DNA from: an uncultured Lachnospiraceae bacterium
Lineage (GTDB): Bacteria > Bacillota > Clostridia > Lachnospirales > Lachnospiraceae
Assembly (NCBI GenBank): GCA_947176065.1
Contig: CAMWPB010000002.1
Span: 108,761 to 172,760 of the forward strand
DNA length: 64,000 nt
Direction: 5' to 3'
Under the pieces are notes generated by a model. That model did no database searches, was not told the DNA's origin, and saw only the letters and a program-made list of their open reading frames with translations. Below, in pieces: positions 18,152 through 28,852 of this stretch. How positions within the stretch are numbered: position 1 is the stretch's first letter; each line of letters begins with the position of its first letter. A program made the translations under genes and the position numbers.

Positions 18152-19909
18152 ATGGAATTATTTATTGGTAGGGCAGACGATGTAGGAGAGTTGCACGGGT
18201 ATGTAAAGAAGAATGCTTTTGATGGTGTGGAGATATGGATTAAGAATGTAAATGAAGAAAGATGCCACTATTATGAAAACAAGCAGGATAAAGCTTTATA
18301 TTTCGTTTGGGGGAATTTTTATTCTGAAGAGGATAGCAATCCGGCTACAGAGGCTGCAGAAGCATATGATAAGAGTGGCGAAAAGAGCGTATTTGATATA
18401 GATGGAGATTTTATTTTTGTAAAAGTTTCTTCAAAGAATGATCTTATAATATTGCAGAGCAATTATGCGGGTATGAATTTATATTATAGGCAGTATGATA
18501 ATCGATATACTTTTTGTACAGATGCATCTGTACTTTTAAATGATTATTGCGAAGAGGATATAGATGAAAGAAGCGTGTGTGATTATTTGCTGTATGGGAG
18601 TATGGTTGGAGGACATACTTTTTCCAAAAGGGTAAAAGTGCTTGTCAGGGGACAGGAACTTGTTTTATCAAATAATAGGATTTGTATTGAAAACAGACAT
18701 ATGATTGCTTTTGATTCAGCTTATAGGGATATAGGAATTGACGAAGCAGTTGACAGACTTACGGATAGATACTTGAGGGCTGTTTATAAAAGATCTCATG
18801 GCAGAGTAGGCAAAAGCGCAATGTTTTTGTCAGGTGGAAAAGATTCCCGGTTGCTCCTGTCGGCATTTTCCAATTTATATGATGATAAGATAGCATGTAT
18901 CTCATTTGGACAATTTGGAGCAGATGAGGTTAGTAATGCTTCGGTGGTTGCTTCCATAAGAAATAATCCACACCATGTGGTTAACTTAAATCCAGAAGAC
19001 TATATAAAACATGCGGAAGAATACATTAGGACATCTATTGGAATGGATTGGTTTCCGCAGAGTTATGCACTTACAGTATTAAAACAGGGATTTGAGTATA
19101 CAGATATTTATCCAGGAAGCAATATTACTGATATTTGTTTTCATTCAAAGTATACTAATGATCATATAGCGGATTTTGAAGGAACACTTACAGAATATAT
19201 GGAAGAGTATCATTCGGATGCGAGAATGACAGGGTTTCAAAGGGAGATATTGGATGGAATATGTAAAGAAGATAAACTAGTTGATCATTTAGCAGAAGAC
19301 ACAGCTAAATATAAAGGCAGACCGGAGGATATCTATGTTGGGTATTTAAATAATACCAATGGTGCGTATCAAATTTGCTTTAGAACCTGTGTTTTTCCAG
19401 GAAAATTTATGGATCAATTTGATGTTGCCGGTGATAAGGAATTTGTGAAGGAAATATGTCATTTACCGATAGAGTACAGGCTGTCGGATGAGCTTCATGT
19501 AAGGATGATTGAAAAGATTAATTCGGATTATCTGCGTCCTGTTTATAATGATTATAAAATACCGATGCAATGTTCGAAGGAAGATATAAGAAGAGCAGCA
19601 GAGATTGAGAAGCAAAGGGCAGCACTGTATGAGAAATTGATGAAAAAATATAATCCTGTACATAAACAGAAATTTTATTATCCGCATGATTATGCCGATT
19701 TTAATGGGTTTATGAAGTATGATGATGCATGGAAGGCATATATGGACAAGCTTCTTTTAGACAAAAATGCATATATATATATAAAACTTTTCGATTATAA
19801 CAAAGTGTTTCAAATGCTTATAGAGCATAGAAATTCTATTAAGAATTGGAAGAAAGAGTTGATTTTACTAGCATCATTAGAACAGTTTTTTAGAATTTTT
19901 CTTCTATAA
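18152..19909 (+). CDS. Asparagine-synthase-like ATP pyrophosphatase (AsnB-related amide ligase)
   Basis: FLSGGKDSR PP-loop preceded by a degenerate Ntn-like domain that lacks the N-terminal Cys. Confidence 0.7.
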   Translation: MELFIGRADDVGELHGYVKKNAFDGVEIWIKNVNEERCHYYENKQDKALYFVWGNFYSEEDSNPATEAAEAYDKSGEKSVFDIDGDFIFVKVSSKNDLIILQSNYAGMNLYYRQYDNRYTFCTDASVLLNDYCEEDIDERSVCDYLLYGSMVGGHTFSKRVKVLVRGQELVLSNNRICIENRHMIAFDSAYRDIGIDEAVDRLTDRYLRAVYKRSHGRVGKSAMFLSGGKDSRLLLSAFSNLYDDKIACISFGQFGADEVSNASVVASIRNNPHHVVNLNPEDYIKHAEEYIRTSIGMDWFPQSYALTVLKQGFEYTDIYPGSNITDICFHSKYTNDHIADFEGTLTEYMEEYHSDARMTGFQREILDGICKEDKLVDHLAEDTAKYKGRPEDIYVGYLNNTNGAYQICFRTCVFPGKFMDQFDVAGDKEFVKEICHLPIEYRLSDELHVRMIEKINSDYLRPVYNDYKIPMQCSKEDIRRAAEIEKQRAALYEKLMKKYNPVHKQKFYYPHDYADFNGFMKYDDAWKAYMDKLLLDKNAYIYIKLFDYNKVFQMLIEHRNSIKNWKKELILLASLEQFFRIFLL

Positions 19910-19958
19910 TTAGGTTTTGCGAGTATGCCAGATAAATGTAGGAGGTACGGCCAAGAAA

Positions 19959-21740
19959 GTGAAAAAAAGAGTCGCGGATATTATTGTTGAAGAATTGATT
20001 AAAAATGATATAATAGATTGTTTTGCCGTTGTGGGGGGCGGAGCTATGCATCTGGATAATGCGTTGGCTATTCATGATGGCATACATAAGATTTTTAACC
20101 ATCATGAGCAGGCATGTGCGATGGCGGCAGAGGCGTATGCAAGGCTATGTGGTAAAATGGCGTGTGTATGTGTAACCAGTGGTCCGGGGGCATTAAATAC
20201 ACTAAATGGTGTGGCAGGAGCATGGGAGGACAGCATTCCGATGATTGTGTTGTCTGGACAAGTAAGATATGAGACTTCTGTTGAAAAGACCGGGTTGTCT
20301 TTGCGGTATAGAGGAGTGCAGGAGTTTGAGATTATTGATTCTGTAAAGAATATGACCAAATATGCAGTTAAATTGAAAGATCCTAAATGTGTCAGACGGG
20401 AAGTAAATAAGGCAATACATATTGCCATGGCCGGTAGACGTGGACCTGTGTGGGTGGATGTGCCGTTAGATATCCAAAGTACACTTGTGGAGGTGGAGGA
20501 ATTAGAAGAAAATGAAGTTTATGAGCCTTTGCCGGATTTAAAGAATGAAGATTTAGATAATTTGAAGCAAATTCTATCACTGGCGAAAAGGCCATGTATT
20601 CTGGCTGGTTCTGCAATTATCAGCAGTGATGTAAAAAACGACTTCAGAGCATTTATTGCGCAGGTACAGATTCCGGTGGTAGGGGGATCAGGATTGGCAG
20701 ATGTTTTGCCAGTTTCTTATGAGAGATATTATGGATGTTCCGGAAATATTGGCTCCAGAGCTGGTAATTTCATTTTACAGAATGCAGATACGATTTTAGT
20801 GCTTGGAAGCAGTCTCTCATTTCGACAAACTGGTTTTGCACAGGAGGCATTTGCTCCAAAAGCAACGATTATCATGGTAGACATTGATGAAAACGAGTCC
20901 AAGAAACCGGGTTTGAAAATTAGTCAATTTATTTATACAACATTAAAAACATTTTTTGATACTATACAAGCGGATGGTTTTGCTATGACCTGTCAGGCCG
21001 AATGGGTTGATTATTGTGAAACGGTAAAGGATCACTTTTCGGTGTATGAAGGGAAAGATTCTCTAGAATGTTCAGGGCGGGTTGGACAGTATAATTTTTG
21101 GGAAGTGTATAATGCTAGTATTCCAGATGATATGATTACAGTATTGGGAAATAATACAGCTGTTTGTGCAAAGCAACAGACTGGTGTAAGAACTTTGGAA
21201 CAAAAAGTTGTAGTAAATTACACTATAGGTTCAATGGGATATGATTTGCCGGCGGCGATTGGGGCAGCAGTTGCTTCTCGGAAGGAGATTATATGTGCTA
21301 CTGGGGATGGGAGCATCATGATGAACCTGCAGGAAATGCAGACGATTAAACAGTATAATCTTCCTATTAAGATTATCTTATTCTCAAATGGTGGTTATAA
21401 TGCGATCCGTCAGACCTGTAAGAATTTTTTTGATGGTGTGTTTATCGGATGTACTGCTGAAACCGGAGTTAGTTTTCCGGATTTTGGGAAGGTAGCAGAG
21501 CTGTTTGGGTTTGAGTATCGGCGCTGTGAAAATAATTTGGAAATTAAGGAGTGCATAGATTGGCTGTTGGAGAGCAACGGGAATGTATTCTTGGATGTGC
21601 AGGAAAAATATGATGATCCGTTAATTCCGAAGGTCATGTCAAGGATAAATGAGGATGGGACTTTCAGCACGCCGGCGCTACATGACATGTCGCCCTTTCT
21701 GCCGATAGAAGAAATAAATAAGTTTATGTTGGATGAATAA
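19959..21740 (+). CDS. Thiamine-diphosphate-dependent enzyme (acetolactate-synthase-like, YerE-type)
   Basis: HHEQACAMAAEAYAR, VTSGPG, GRRGPVWVDVP, ThDP motif GDGSIMMN...NGGYN. GTG 19959 follows an AGGAGG RBS. No ilvN partner. Confidence 0.88.
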   Translation: MKKRVADIIVEELIKNDIIDCFAVVGGGAMHLDNALAIHDGIHKIFNHHEQACAMAAEAYARLCGKMACVCVTSGPGALNTLNGVAGAWEDSIPMIVLSGQVRYETSVEKTGLSLRYRGVQEFEIIDSVKNMTKYAVKLKDPKCVRREVNKAIHIAMAGRRGPVWVDVPLDIQSTLVEVEELEENEVYEPLPDLKNEDLDNLKQILSLAKRPCILAGSAIISSDVKNDFRAFIAQVQIPVVGGSGLADVLPVSYERYYGCSGNIGSRAGNFILQNADTILVLGSSLSFRQTGFAQEAFAPKATIIMVDIDENESKKPGLKISQFIYTTLKTFFDTIQADGFAMTCQAEWVDYCETVKDHFSVYEGKDSLECSGRVGQYNFWEVYNASIPDDMITVLGNNTAVCAKQQTGVRTLEQKVVVNYTIGSMGYDLPAAIGAAVASRKEIICATGDGSIMMNLQEMQTIKQYNLPIKIILFSNGGYNAIRQTCKNFFDGVFIGCTAETGVSFPDFGKVAELFGFEYRRCENNLEIKECIDWLLESNGNVFLDVQEKYDDPLIPKVMSRINEDGTFSTPALHDMSPFLPIEEINKFMLDE

Positions 21741-21782
21741 TAATGTTTTCGAGAAATTAAAATCCTGAATGAGGAGAAAAGC

Positions 21783-22820
21783 ATGGACTATATATTTAAA
21801 TATTGGGAAGAGAGTACGGATTTCGATGAGATAAGGAGACAGATAGGCAATCAAAGAATTGCTGTCTGGGGTGCCTATATTAATGGAAAGCACGTAAGAA
21901 AAATTTTGGAAGAAAAGGGATTAGAGGTCAGTTTTTATATTGATGGACATAAAGATACTTGTAACTATGATGATTTGCCTATTATAAGGCCGGATAAAGA
22001 AATTGGAAGAGATATGTATGTCTTTGTTGCAGTGGTTGGGGTAAGAGAAGAGATAGTACGTTATTTAAATTCGTGGAATATGAAAGAAGGAAAAGATTAT
22101 ACATATATTTCCAAAATGCTTCGCCATGTGACTATTACAGAGTGCGCAGGTGGGTATGCGGACTGTAATGGAAACAAATTGGAATGTGAGGATGATCAAA
22201 TTCAATGCAGGGTTGAATTTAAAGGGTTTAACAGTAGAGTTAAAATTGGGAAAGACTTTGTTGCCGGTGAAGGGGTAAAAATAGTAGTAGAGAATGGGTG
22301 CGAGGTGATTATTGGTAATTTTGTTTGTCTATATGAGGACGCTACAATAGAGGCTTCAGCAGAAGGAAAAATCGAAATAGGAAATAACTGTCAGTGTGGC
22401 AAGGATTCTCGAGTAGTATGTAGAGGGGGAAAAACGACGATAGGGAATTACTGTAGCATACATGAAAGATTTTACTGTTCGAATACCGAACCAGGTGTTA
22501 TCAGAATGGGAAACGATTGTATGGTTTCATGTGACGTTAGTATTATACCCAATGGGCACAGCATTTTTGATATGGAGACAGGAGAGAATATTGTCAATAA
22601 GCGACAAAAATGTACTAAAATAGGAAGCCATGTCTGGCTTGGAAAGAATGCGGTAATTCTGCATAATACGGAGATTGGAAATGGATGTATAGTAGGCGCC
22701 TCCAGTGTAGTAAGGCTGCAAGCGGGAGATAATAGTGTTTTAGCCGGAAATCCTGCAAAGATTATAAAGTCAAATTACGCATGGGATCGAAGGGCAAATG
22801 TTAATTTTGAGGATATATAG
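21783..22820 (+). CDS. Left-handed beta-helix O-acyltransferase with N-terminal Rossmann-like module
   Basis: Hexapeptide repeats (IGNFVCL, IGNNCQC, IGSHVWLG, IGNGCIVG) and GNPAK. Confidence 0.85.
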   Translation: MDYIFKYWEESTDFDEIRRQIGNQRIAVWGAYINGKHVRKILEEKGLEVSFYIDGHKDTCNYDDLPIIRPDKEIGRDMYVFVAVVGVREEIVRYLNSWNMKEGKDYTYISKMLRHVTITECAGGYADCNGNKLECEDDQIQCRVEFKGFNSRVKIGKDFVAGEGVKIVVENGCEVIIGNFVCLYEDATIEASAEGKIEIGNNCQCGKDSRVVCRGGKTTIGNYCSIHERFYCSNTEPGVIRMGNDCMVSCDVSIIPNGHSIFDMETGENIVNKRQKCTKIGSHVWLGKNAVILHNTEIGNGCIVGASSVVRLQAGDNSVLAGNPAKIIKSNYAWDRRANVNFEDI

Positions 22821-22861
22821 AATGACTTAAATATTTTAATTAAAATGGGAGGAGAAAATGT

Positions 22862-24124
22862 ATGAGGTATGCGAATATTTCTTTTTTAGGAAAAGAAATA
22901 TGTAACATTGGCGATAATCTGCAATTAATGGCAATTGATTATCTGTATATGCGTATGGGGATAAAGGCAGATGAGATAGTGAAAATACCTTACAATGAGT
23001 TGAGTACATGGAAAGCTGATAATGGAGAAAAGGCATTATTGCCGGTAAATTTTCCTTTCATGGAATATTCAGAGCAAGGACTGGCGGGAATTTTCTCCAC
23101 AGACATTATTCCAGTTTTTCTTGGACTGACTTATATTAAGCCATATTTGAGTCAAAGTGAAGTCGAATATTTAAAAAGATATGAACCGATAGGGTGCAGG
23201 GATGAATACACCTACAACACCATGCAAAAATACGGGATACAATCTTGGTTAAATGGATGTATGACATTAACGATGTATTCTAAAAGAAAACACAACTCAG
23301 AGGAGCAAAAAGTATATTTGGTAAATGTGCCTGAAGAGATTGAGGCAAGACTGCCAAAGAAAATTCTGGCTAATGCGGAGAAGAGAAAGCATCTGATAAA
23401 GAGGGAAGACCTTTGCGAAGATATTAATGATTATATTGAAAGAAGAATGCGTGAATATAAAGAAAAGGCAAAGGTGGTTGTAACTACATTATTGCATTGT
23501 ACGATTCCATGTATATCAATGGGAATTCCGGTGATAGTAATTTCTCCTGAAATGTCAGTTTCGTATCGCTTTAGCTGGGTTGAACGCATGGTACCCATAT
23601 TTTCGTTAGATAATATAGAAAATATTTCTTGGAATATATATAAAGAAGCAGATGAAGAAATTAAAGAAGAAATGCTGGAAAATGCAATTGATATTGTAAA
23701 ATCACACATTGGTAAAAGCGAAATATCGCTGCATAAATGTAGCGATATATCAAGCTTTTTTTTAGATAGAGTAAGGAAAAATTATTATGTGGAAGGTTTT
23801 GATAAAGGTGTTGCATATTTGAAAAAATATTATCAGAATGATAGTAAGTTTGATTATGCAGTTTGGGGGATGACATATATTGCAGAAATGATATGTAAAC
23901 ATATAGAGGATAATTATCCTAATGCCAAATTAGTGGCAGTATTTGATAAAAATAAACAATCTAAATTTAAAGGAAAGAAGATAGGGAAAATAGAGGAGTC
24001 TGAAGAGAAAACATTACTTGACATAGAAATATTTGTAACTGCTTTTGCGGCGACAAATGTGGCTATAAAATATTTTAATGAAATAGGGAAAAGGGACATG
24101 TTTTGTCTGTGTTATAAGAGTTAA
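22862..24124 (+). CDS. Polysaccharide pyruvyl-transferase-like protein with C-terminal Rossmann-like module
   Basis: NIGDNLQ, IGCRD, VVTTLLHCTIPCISMGIPV (T.RLH..IP...G.P type). Confidence 0.75.
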   Translation: MRYANISFLGKEICNIGDNLQLMAIDYLYMRMGIKADEIVKIPYNELSTWKADNGEKALLPVNFPFMEYSEQGLAGIFSTDIIPVFLGLTYIKPYLSQSEVEYLKRYEPIGCRDEYTYNTMQKYGIQSWLNGCMTLTMYSKRKHNSEEQKVYLVNVPEEIEARLPKKILANAEKRKHLIKREDLCEDINDYIERRMREYKEKAKVVVTTLLHCTIPCISMGIPVIVISPEMSVSYRFSWVERMVPIFSLDNIENISWNIYKEADEEIKEEMLENAIDIVKSHIGKSEISLHKCSDISSFFLDRVRKNYYVEGFDKGVAYLKKYYQNDSKFDYAVWGMTYIAEMICKHIEDNYPNAKLVAVFDKNKQSKFKGKKIGKIEESEEKTLLDIEIFVTAFAATNVAIKYFNEIGKRDMFCLCYKS

Positions 24125-24411
24125 GGATACAGACATAAGATTAAGAATGCTAAAAATTTTTATTTGGTAAGTCGTTATAAAAAATAATATATTTACTTAC
24201 GAGGATAAATTTAAATAATATAATGTATCATGGTGGATAGGAGCAAATAATGTGAGTGTAGTTAAGCTTGAACGGTTTGAAGAATTGCGCTTTATTATGT
24301 TGAATGGATAGATGTACAATCGACGATGAGTTTTTCGATAAATGTCGGTCGGTTTAAGGATAAAAGGATTCTGGATGTTAGAAATTTTATAGAAAGAAAA
24401 GATACTAGTAT

Positions 24412-26931
24412 ATGTCGGACAAATATATCAGAAAATCACAAAAAAGACAAATAGAGGATGTGCTTGAGGTGTTGAATCAGGCACTTAATGCAGAAAAGAA
24501 AGCGTTGGATACAGGAAAACGTGAAATTGCCCTGTCATTACTTGAGCAATCTCAGGATTCCGCGATTCAGATTGGCGGTATAATAGAAGAATCCTTTGGA
24601 GAGGATTTTGTTACAGTAGGACTTTTGGAGAATTATTGTGAACAGATTTACCAGACATATGAACTGATACGGCAGAAGCAGCCGGTTAATGCCAATAAAA
24701 CATATAAATTTTTGCGCAAAGAGCTGATTCGGATAGAAAACAGTGTCAAAAATGATATTCAGGTAAGGACAACGGCAGTGTTCTTGCCATATAAGGCATC
24801 CATGTGGGATAGTCTGGAGAGTGTTTGGATGGCGGCTGACGATGATCCGAACTGTGACGCATATGTTGTGCCGATTCCCTATTTTGATAAGAATCCGGAT
24901 GGCAGTTTTCGGGAAATGCATTATGAAGGGGATGAATATCCGGACTATGTGCCAATCACATCGTGGGAAAAGTATGATATTGTTGCAGAGCATCCCGATA
25001 TGATTTTTATACATAATCCTTATGATGAATTTAATTTGGTAACCAGTGTGCCCCCGGCTTATTATGCGAAAGAACTGAAAAAATGTACGGATAAATTAAT
25101 ATATATACCTTATTTTATATTAAATGAAATTGAGCCTGATAATAAACAGGCGGTAAAAGGGATAGAGCATTTTTGTGCAGTTCCGGCGGTAGTCTATGCA
25201 GATCGTGTGATTGTACAGTCAAATAAAATGAGGCAAATATATATTGATGTCATGTCTGAAACGATGGGAGAAGATACGAAAAAAATTTGGGAAAAGAAAA
25301 TTCTTGGAATAGGGTCTCCTAAAATAGAAAAAGTATGTGGTACGCATAAAGCAGATCTATGTATTCCTGAAGAATGGAAAGAGATAATAGAGAAGCCGGA
25401 TGGGGAATGGAAGAAAATTGTTTTCTATAACACAAGTGTATCCGCACTTTTGCAGCAGAACGAGAAAATGTTGCGGAAGATAGAGGATGTCTTTGACGTC
25501 TTTAGAGAGAACCAAAACGAGATGGCACTTTTATGGCGTCCACATCCTTTGATTAGGGCAACGATAGAAGCTATGCGTCCACAGCTTTGGAGAGAATATG
25601 AGGAGCTGGTTAGGAAGTATCATGAGGAGAATTGGGGGATTTATGATGATACAGCAGATGTAGACCGTGCGATCACGCTTTCTGATGCGTATTATGGGGA
25701 TACCAGTAGTCTGGTACAAATGTTTTGTGAAATAGGGAAACCTGTTATGATACAGGGGTTAAAAAATGAATTGAATATGTCAAAAGAAAAATTGCAAATA
25801 AATTTTTTGGCTGGAGTGCAGGTTGGAAATGATATTCTCTTTTCGGCATGGAACATAAATGGATTATTTCAATATAATCCGCAGACAGCGGAGTGTGTGT
25901 TTCTAAAATGTTTTCTGGGTGAGGGAAATTGGGGATTGCATAGCGAAGCAATTCTTTACGGCAAAGAGATTTGGTTTATTCCAAGAGCCAGCGAAAGGAT
26001 TGCCATAGTAGATTTGGATAGTCTGGAAATTGATTATCTGAATTTGCCTCAATCTGGATATAGAATGGAAGGGGCACATATACCCCCCCGAAGAATGACT
26101 GCATGTCATGAAAAAGGAGAAAAGTTTTTATGGCTGATTCCGTTTGCATATAAACTTTTTGTAAAAATTGATATGGAAAAACGGAGAATTATCGAAGTGC
26201 AGGAATGGGGGAAAGAAGAGTTCCCTTATGCAACGGCCGTAAAACTAGAAAATAAATTGTGGATTAATCTGAGAACTTTACGGGAAGTAAGGTTTATTGA
26301 TTTGAAGTCGGGATATCAGACAGGCAAAAAAATTGGACGGGAGGGTATAGATTACTTATATATTCATAGTAATGGGGAGAGAATTTTTCTGTTTCCTAAA
26401 AAAATGGAAGAGGGAATTTTAATGTTAGATTTTGATATGCAAGAATGTGGAACGGCTTATTTGAATGACGGAGGACAGCAGTATTATGAGTATCAGGCAC
26501 TGACGGAAGCGGGGGATATGTTGTTAGTACCATATTTCGGGAAAAGAAGTGTTTGTATTTGTGTAGAGGATGATGGATGTTTTGTTAAAAACTTTGAAGA
26601 TTTACAAGTGGAAGAGGATGCATTTTGCTCTACTAAAATAAATTATAATGATCAAATATGGTTTTTATCACATGCTGCGGGGAAGCCGATTGTGTGTTAT
26701 CAAGATCGAGACGGTGTCTTTGAATATAGGTATATTGTGATAGATAGAGAAGAGATAAAGGAATCCATATCATATGGAATGCAATACAACTTTTCAAATG
26801 AAAAAATGGTTTTTGGTGAGCAGTCAAATGATTTTATAGACGAATATATACGTTATATTAAGGATATGAAGAGTGAAGAAAAAGAGAAAGAAGAGAGGTA
26901 TGTCGGTGAAAAAATTTACAAGGCATTGTAA
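24412..26931 (+). CDS. Large GT-B / CDP-glycerol glycerophosphotransferase-like protein with N-terminal helical and C-terminal beta-rich regions
   Basis: AVFLPYKASMWDSLESVW, IHNPYD, GSPK, LLWRPHP, DAYYGDTSSL. Confidence 0.7.
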   Translation: MSDKYIRKSQKRQIEDVLEVLNQALNAEKKALDTGKREIALSLLEQSQDSAIQIGGIIEESFGEDFVTVGLLENYCEQIYQTYELIRQKQPVNANKTYKFLRKELIRIENSVKNDIQVRTTAVFLPYKASMWDSLESVWMAADDDPNCDAYVVPIPYFDKNPDGSFREMHYEGDEYPDYVPITSWEKYDIVAEHPDMIFIHNPYDEFNLVTSVPPAYYAKELKKCTDKLIYIPYFILNEIEPDNKQAVKGIEHFCAVPAVVYADRVIVQSNKMRQIYIDVMSETMGEDTKKIWEKKILGIGSPKIEKVCGTHKADLCIPEEWKEIIEKPDGEWKKIVFYNTSVSALLQQNEKMLRKIEDVFDVFRENQNEMALLWRPHPLIRATIEAMRPQLWREYEELVRKYHEENWGIYDDTADVDRAITLSDAYYGDTSSLVQMFCEIGKPVMIQGLKNELNMSKEKLQINFLAGVQVGNDILFSAWNINGLFQYNPQTAECVFLKCFLGEGNWGLHSEAILYGKEIWFIPRASERIAIVDLDSLEIDYLNLPQSGYRMEGAHIPPRRMTACHEKGEKFLWLIPFAYKLFVKIDMEKRRIIEVQEWGKEEFPYATAVKLENKLWINLRTLREVRFIDLKSGYQTGKKIGREGIDYLYIHSNGERIFLFPKKMEEGILMLDFDMQECGTAYLNDGGQQYYEYQALTEAGDMLLVPYFGKRSVCICVEDDGCFVKNFEDLQVEEDAFCSTKINYNDQIWFLSHAAGKPIVCYQDRDGVFEYRYIVIDREEIKESISYGMQYNFSNEKMVFGEQSNDFIDEYIRYIKDMKSEEKEKEERYVGEKIYKAL

Positions 26932-26949
26932 AGCAAAGGAAATAGTAAA

Positions 26950-27909
26950 ATGAAAAAATTGGCGATTGGCATTATAACGTGTAACCGGGCAAAAATTATT
27001 CGCGAGGATCTTGCTGCGATAGTGAAGCCGGCAAAAGAATATGATATTGATATTTATATTTATGATGGCAGCACGAACAGGGATACTGAATCAGTCGTTA
27101 AAACATATATAGAAGCGGGATATAACCATATTTACTATATACATGCGGATGATCATTTATCGGTAGCGGAGAGTGTATATCAAAGACTGGAAGGCGTGTT
27201 ATTTGAAACGGAAGCAAAGTATGTTTGTTTATGTTCTGATCATCGGGTAATTAAATCAAATTTTTATTCTGAAATTATGTCGTATATTGATAAAGACTAT
27301 GACATTATAATGCTGCATGACAATTTATTGAAGGGAATACATACATATAATTCTTTAACAGAATTCGTAAATGCAACTATTGTATCACTCACAGCTTGGG
27401 GCGCTACAATAATAAAAAAGAGCCTGCTTGCGCCCCTAGAGTATCGTGAAATTTATGAGGCGGCGCCATCTTTTGTAGTTTCATCGATATATCTGAGAGC
27501 CATCGGAAAGGCTGAAATGTTCAGAGCGGTTACAATTAATACGGGAAGGAGTTTGTGTGTTGAATCTGCTCAATATAAGGAAAAAAGCAGTTCCATAAAG
27601 AATATGTGGACTAGCTGGGTGGTAAATTGGTATCGGTTTGTTGAGAGTCTTCCAGCGGCTTATGAAGATATCAGAGAAGGGCTGTACAATAGACCTGATT
27701 TAGAAAAAGGATTTTTTTCTTTTAACGAATTGCTGCGACAGCGCTCAGAAGGTCAATTCGACTGGAAAAAATGTCACGAATATAGAAATTGTGTGAAAAA
27801 GGTGGTTTGCTTGCCTTATGCAGTGGTTTTTTTAATAGCGGTTCTTCCACAGAGTATTGCGAGAGGGCTTAACAGGGAAGGAAATAAATGGAACAAAATT
27901 TTGAAATAA
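26950..27909 (+). CDS. Glycosyltransferase family 2-like
   Basis: IGIITCNRA...IYIYDGS N-terminal GT-A pattern. Confidence 0.7.
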   Translation: MKKLAIGIITCNRAKIIREDLAAIVKPAKEYDIDIYIYDGSTNRDTESVVKTYIEAGYNHIYYIHADDHLSVAESVYQRLEGVLFETEAKYVCLCSDHRVIKSNFYSEIMSYIDKDYDIIMLHDNLLKGIHTYNSLTEFVNATIVSLTAWGATIIKKSLLAPLEYREIYEAAPSFVVSSIYLRAIGKAEMFRAVTINTGRSLCVESAQYKEKSSSIKNMWTSWVVNWYRFVESLPAAYEDIREGLYNRPDLEKGFFSFNELLRQRSEGQFDWKKCHEYRNCVKKVVCLPYAVVFLIAVLPQSIARGLNREGNKWNKILK

Positions 27910-28826
27910 TATGCAGGCGGAAAATTGACAGAATACGAGAAAATATAAAGGGAAGAAGAGTTTTTATTTGGGGAGCCGGAGTTGGTGGAAAGATAGTAGA
28001 AGAGGTATGCAGAGAAGAGAAAGTTGTTGTTGCTGGGTTTTGTGATAAGAATGCAGACATCATAACGGAGTATTTGGGATATCCGGTGTACCATCCAATA
28101 GAGATGAATCCGAAAAGGGATTATTTAATCGTTTCTTTTTTGAGATATGACCATACTATGCTGGAGAAGATGGATGAAATGGGATATACCTGCAATGATT
28201 GCTTTTATATAGGAGAGAATGAAGGATGCAATAAAAATGATATTGTTTATAAAGGGTGCAAAGTGGGACGTTATACATATGGATATGAGGGACTTTTGAG
28301 TATCTTCCCATTGGCGGTGTCAATCGGAAGATACTGCTCCATTAATACAACCGCTCGGATATATAATAATCATCCTATGGGGTGTATAACAACTCACCCG
28401 ATGCTTGATCATCCGCTTTTTTGCAAATGGGAGGTATATGACTCAAGAAAGGGATATGCCTATCAATATGGGACAAATCATGACAATGTTGTCGGTCAAA
28501 AGAGTCCCATTCGGAATAATGCAGCGGTTACCATAGGCAATGATGTATGGATCGGGGCAAATGTAATAATTCTACCTGGTGTGAAAATAGGAGACGGTGC
28601 GGTGATAGCGGCGGGCGCTGTTTTAGCAAGAGATGTAGAGCCCTATGCGGTGGTAGGAGGCGTTCCGGCCAAGGTTCTCAAATACCGTTTTTCAACGGAA
28701 AATATTAGTTTGCTTGAACATATTAAATGGTGGGAATGGACCACAGAAGAGATTGAAGCAAACATTGAACTGTTTTATCAGCCGGAAGTTTTTTTGCAAA
28801 AAATGAAAAATAAAAATACATTATAA
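27888..28826 (+). CDS. CatB/XAT-type O-acetyltransferase with N-terminal Rossmann-like module
   Basis: [38 protein letters not shown]. Confidence 0.85.
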   Translation: MEQNFEIICRRKIDRIRENIKGRRVFIWGAGVGGKIVEEVCREEKVVVAGFCDKNADIITEYLGYPVYHPIEMNPKRDYLIVSFLRYDHTMLEKMDEMGYTCNDCFYIGENEGCNKNDIVYKGCKVGRYTYGYEGLLSIFPLAVSIGRYCSINTTARIYNNHPMGCITTHPMLDHPLFCKWEVYDSRKGYAYQYGTNHDNVVGQKSPIRNNAAVTIGNDVWIGANVIILPGVKIGDGAVIAAGAVLARDVEPYAVVGGVPAKVLKYRFSTENISLLEHIKWWEWTTEEIEANIELFYQPEVFLQKMKNKNTL

Positions 28827-28852
28827 CAGATATATGATATAGAGGAGCAATT

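Noticed and set aside
19959-21740. ilvB (branched-chain amino acid biosynthesis)
   Set aside because: No ilvN/ilvC/ilvD nearby, and it is embedded among sugar genes; a YerE-like role is more parsimonious.
24252-24311. 19-codon GTG ORF after an AGGAG in the 24125-24411 spacer
   Set aside because: Too short with no recognisable motif; cannot be distinguished from chance in AT-rich DNA.
27888-28826. Chloramphenicol/streptogramin acetyltransferase resistance gene
   Set aside because: XAT fold, but fused to the island's accessory module and surrounded by glycosyltransferases; a sugar O-acetyltransferase is more likely.
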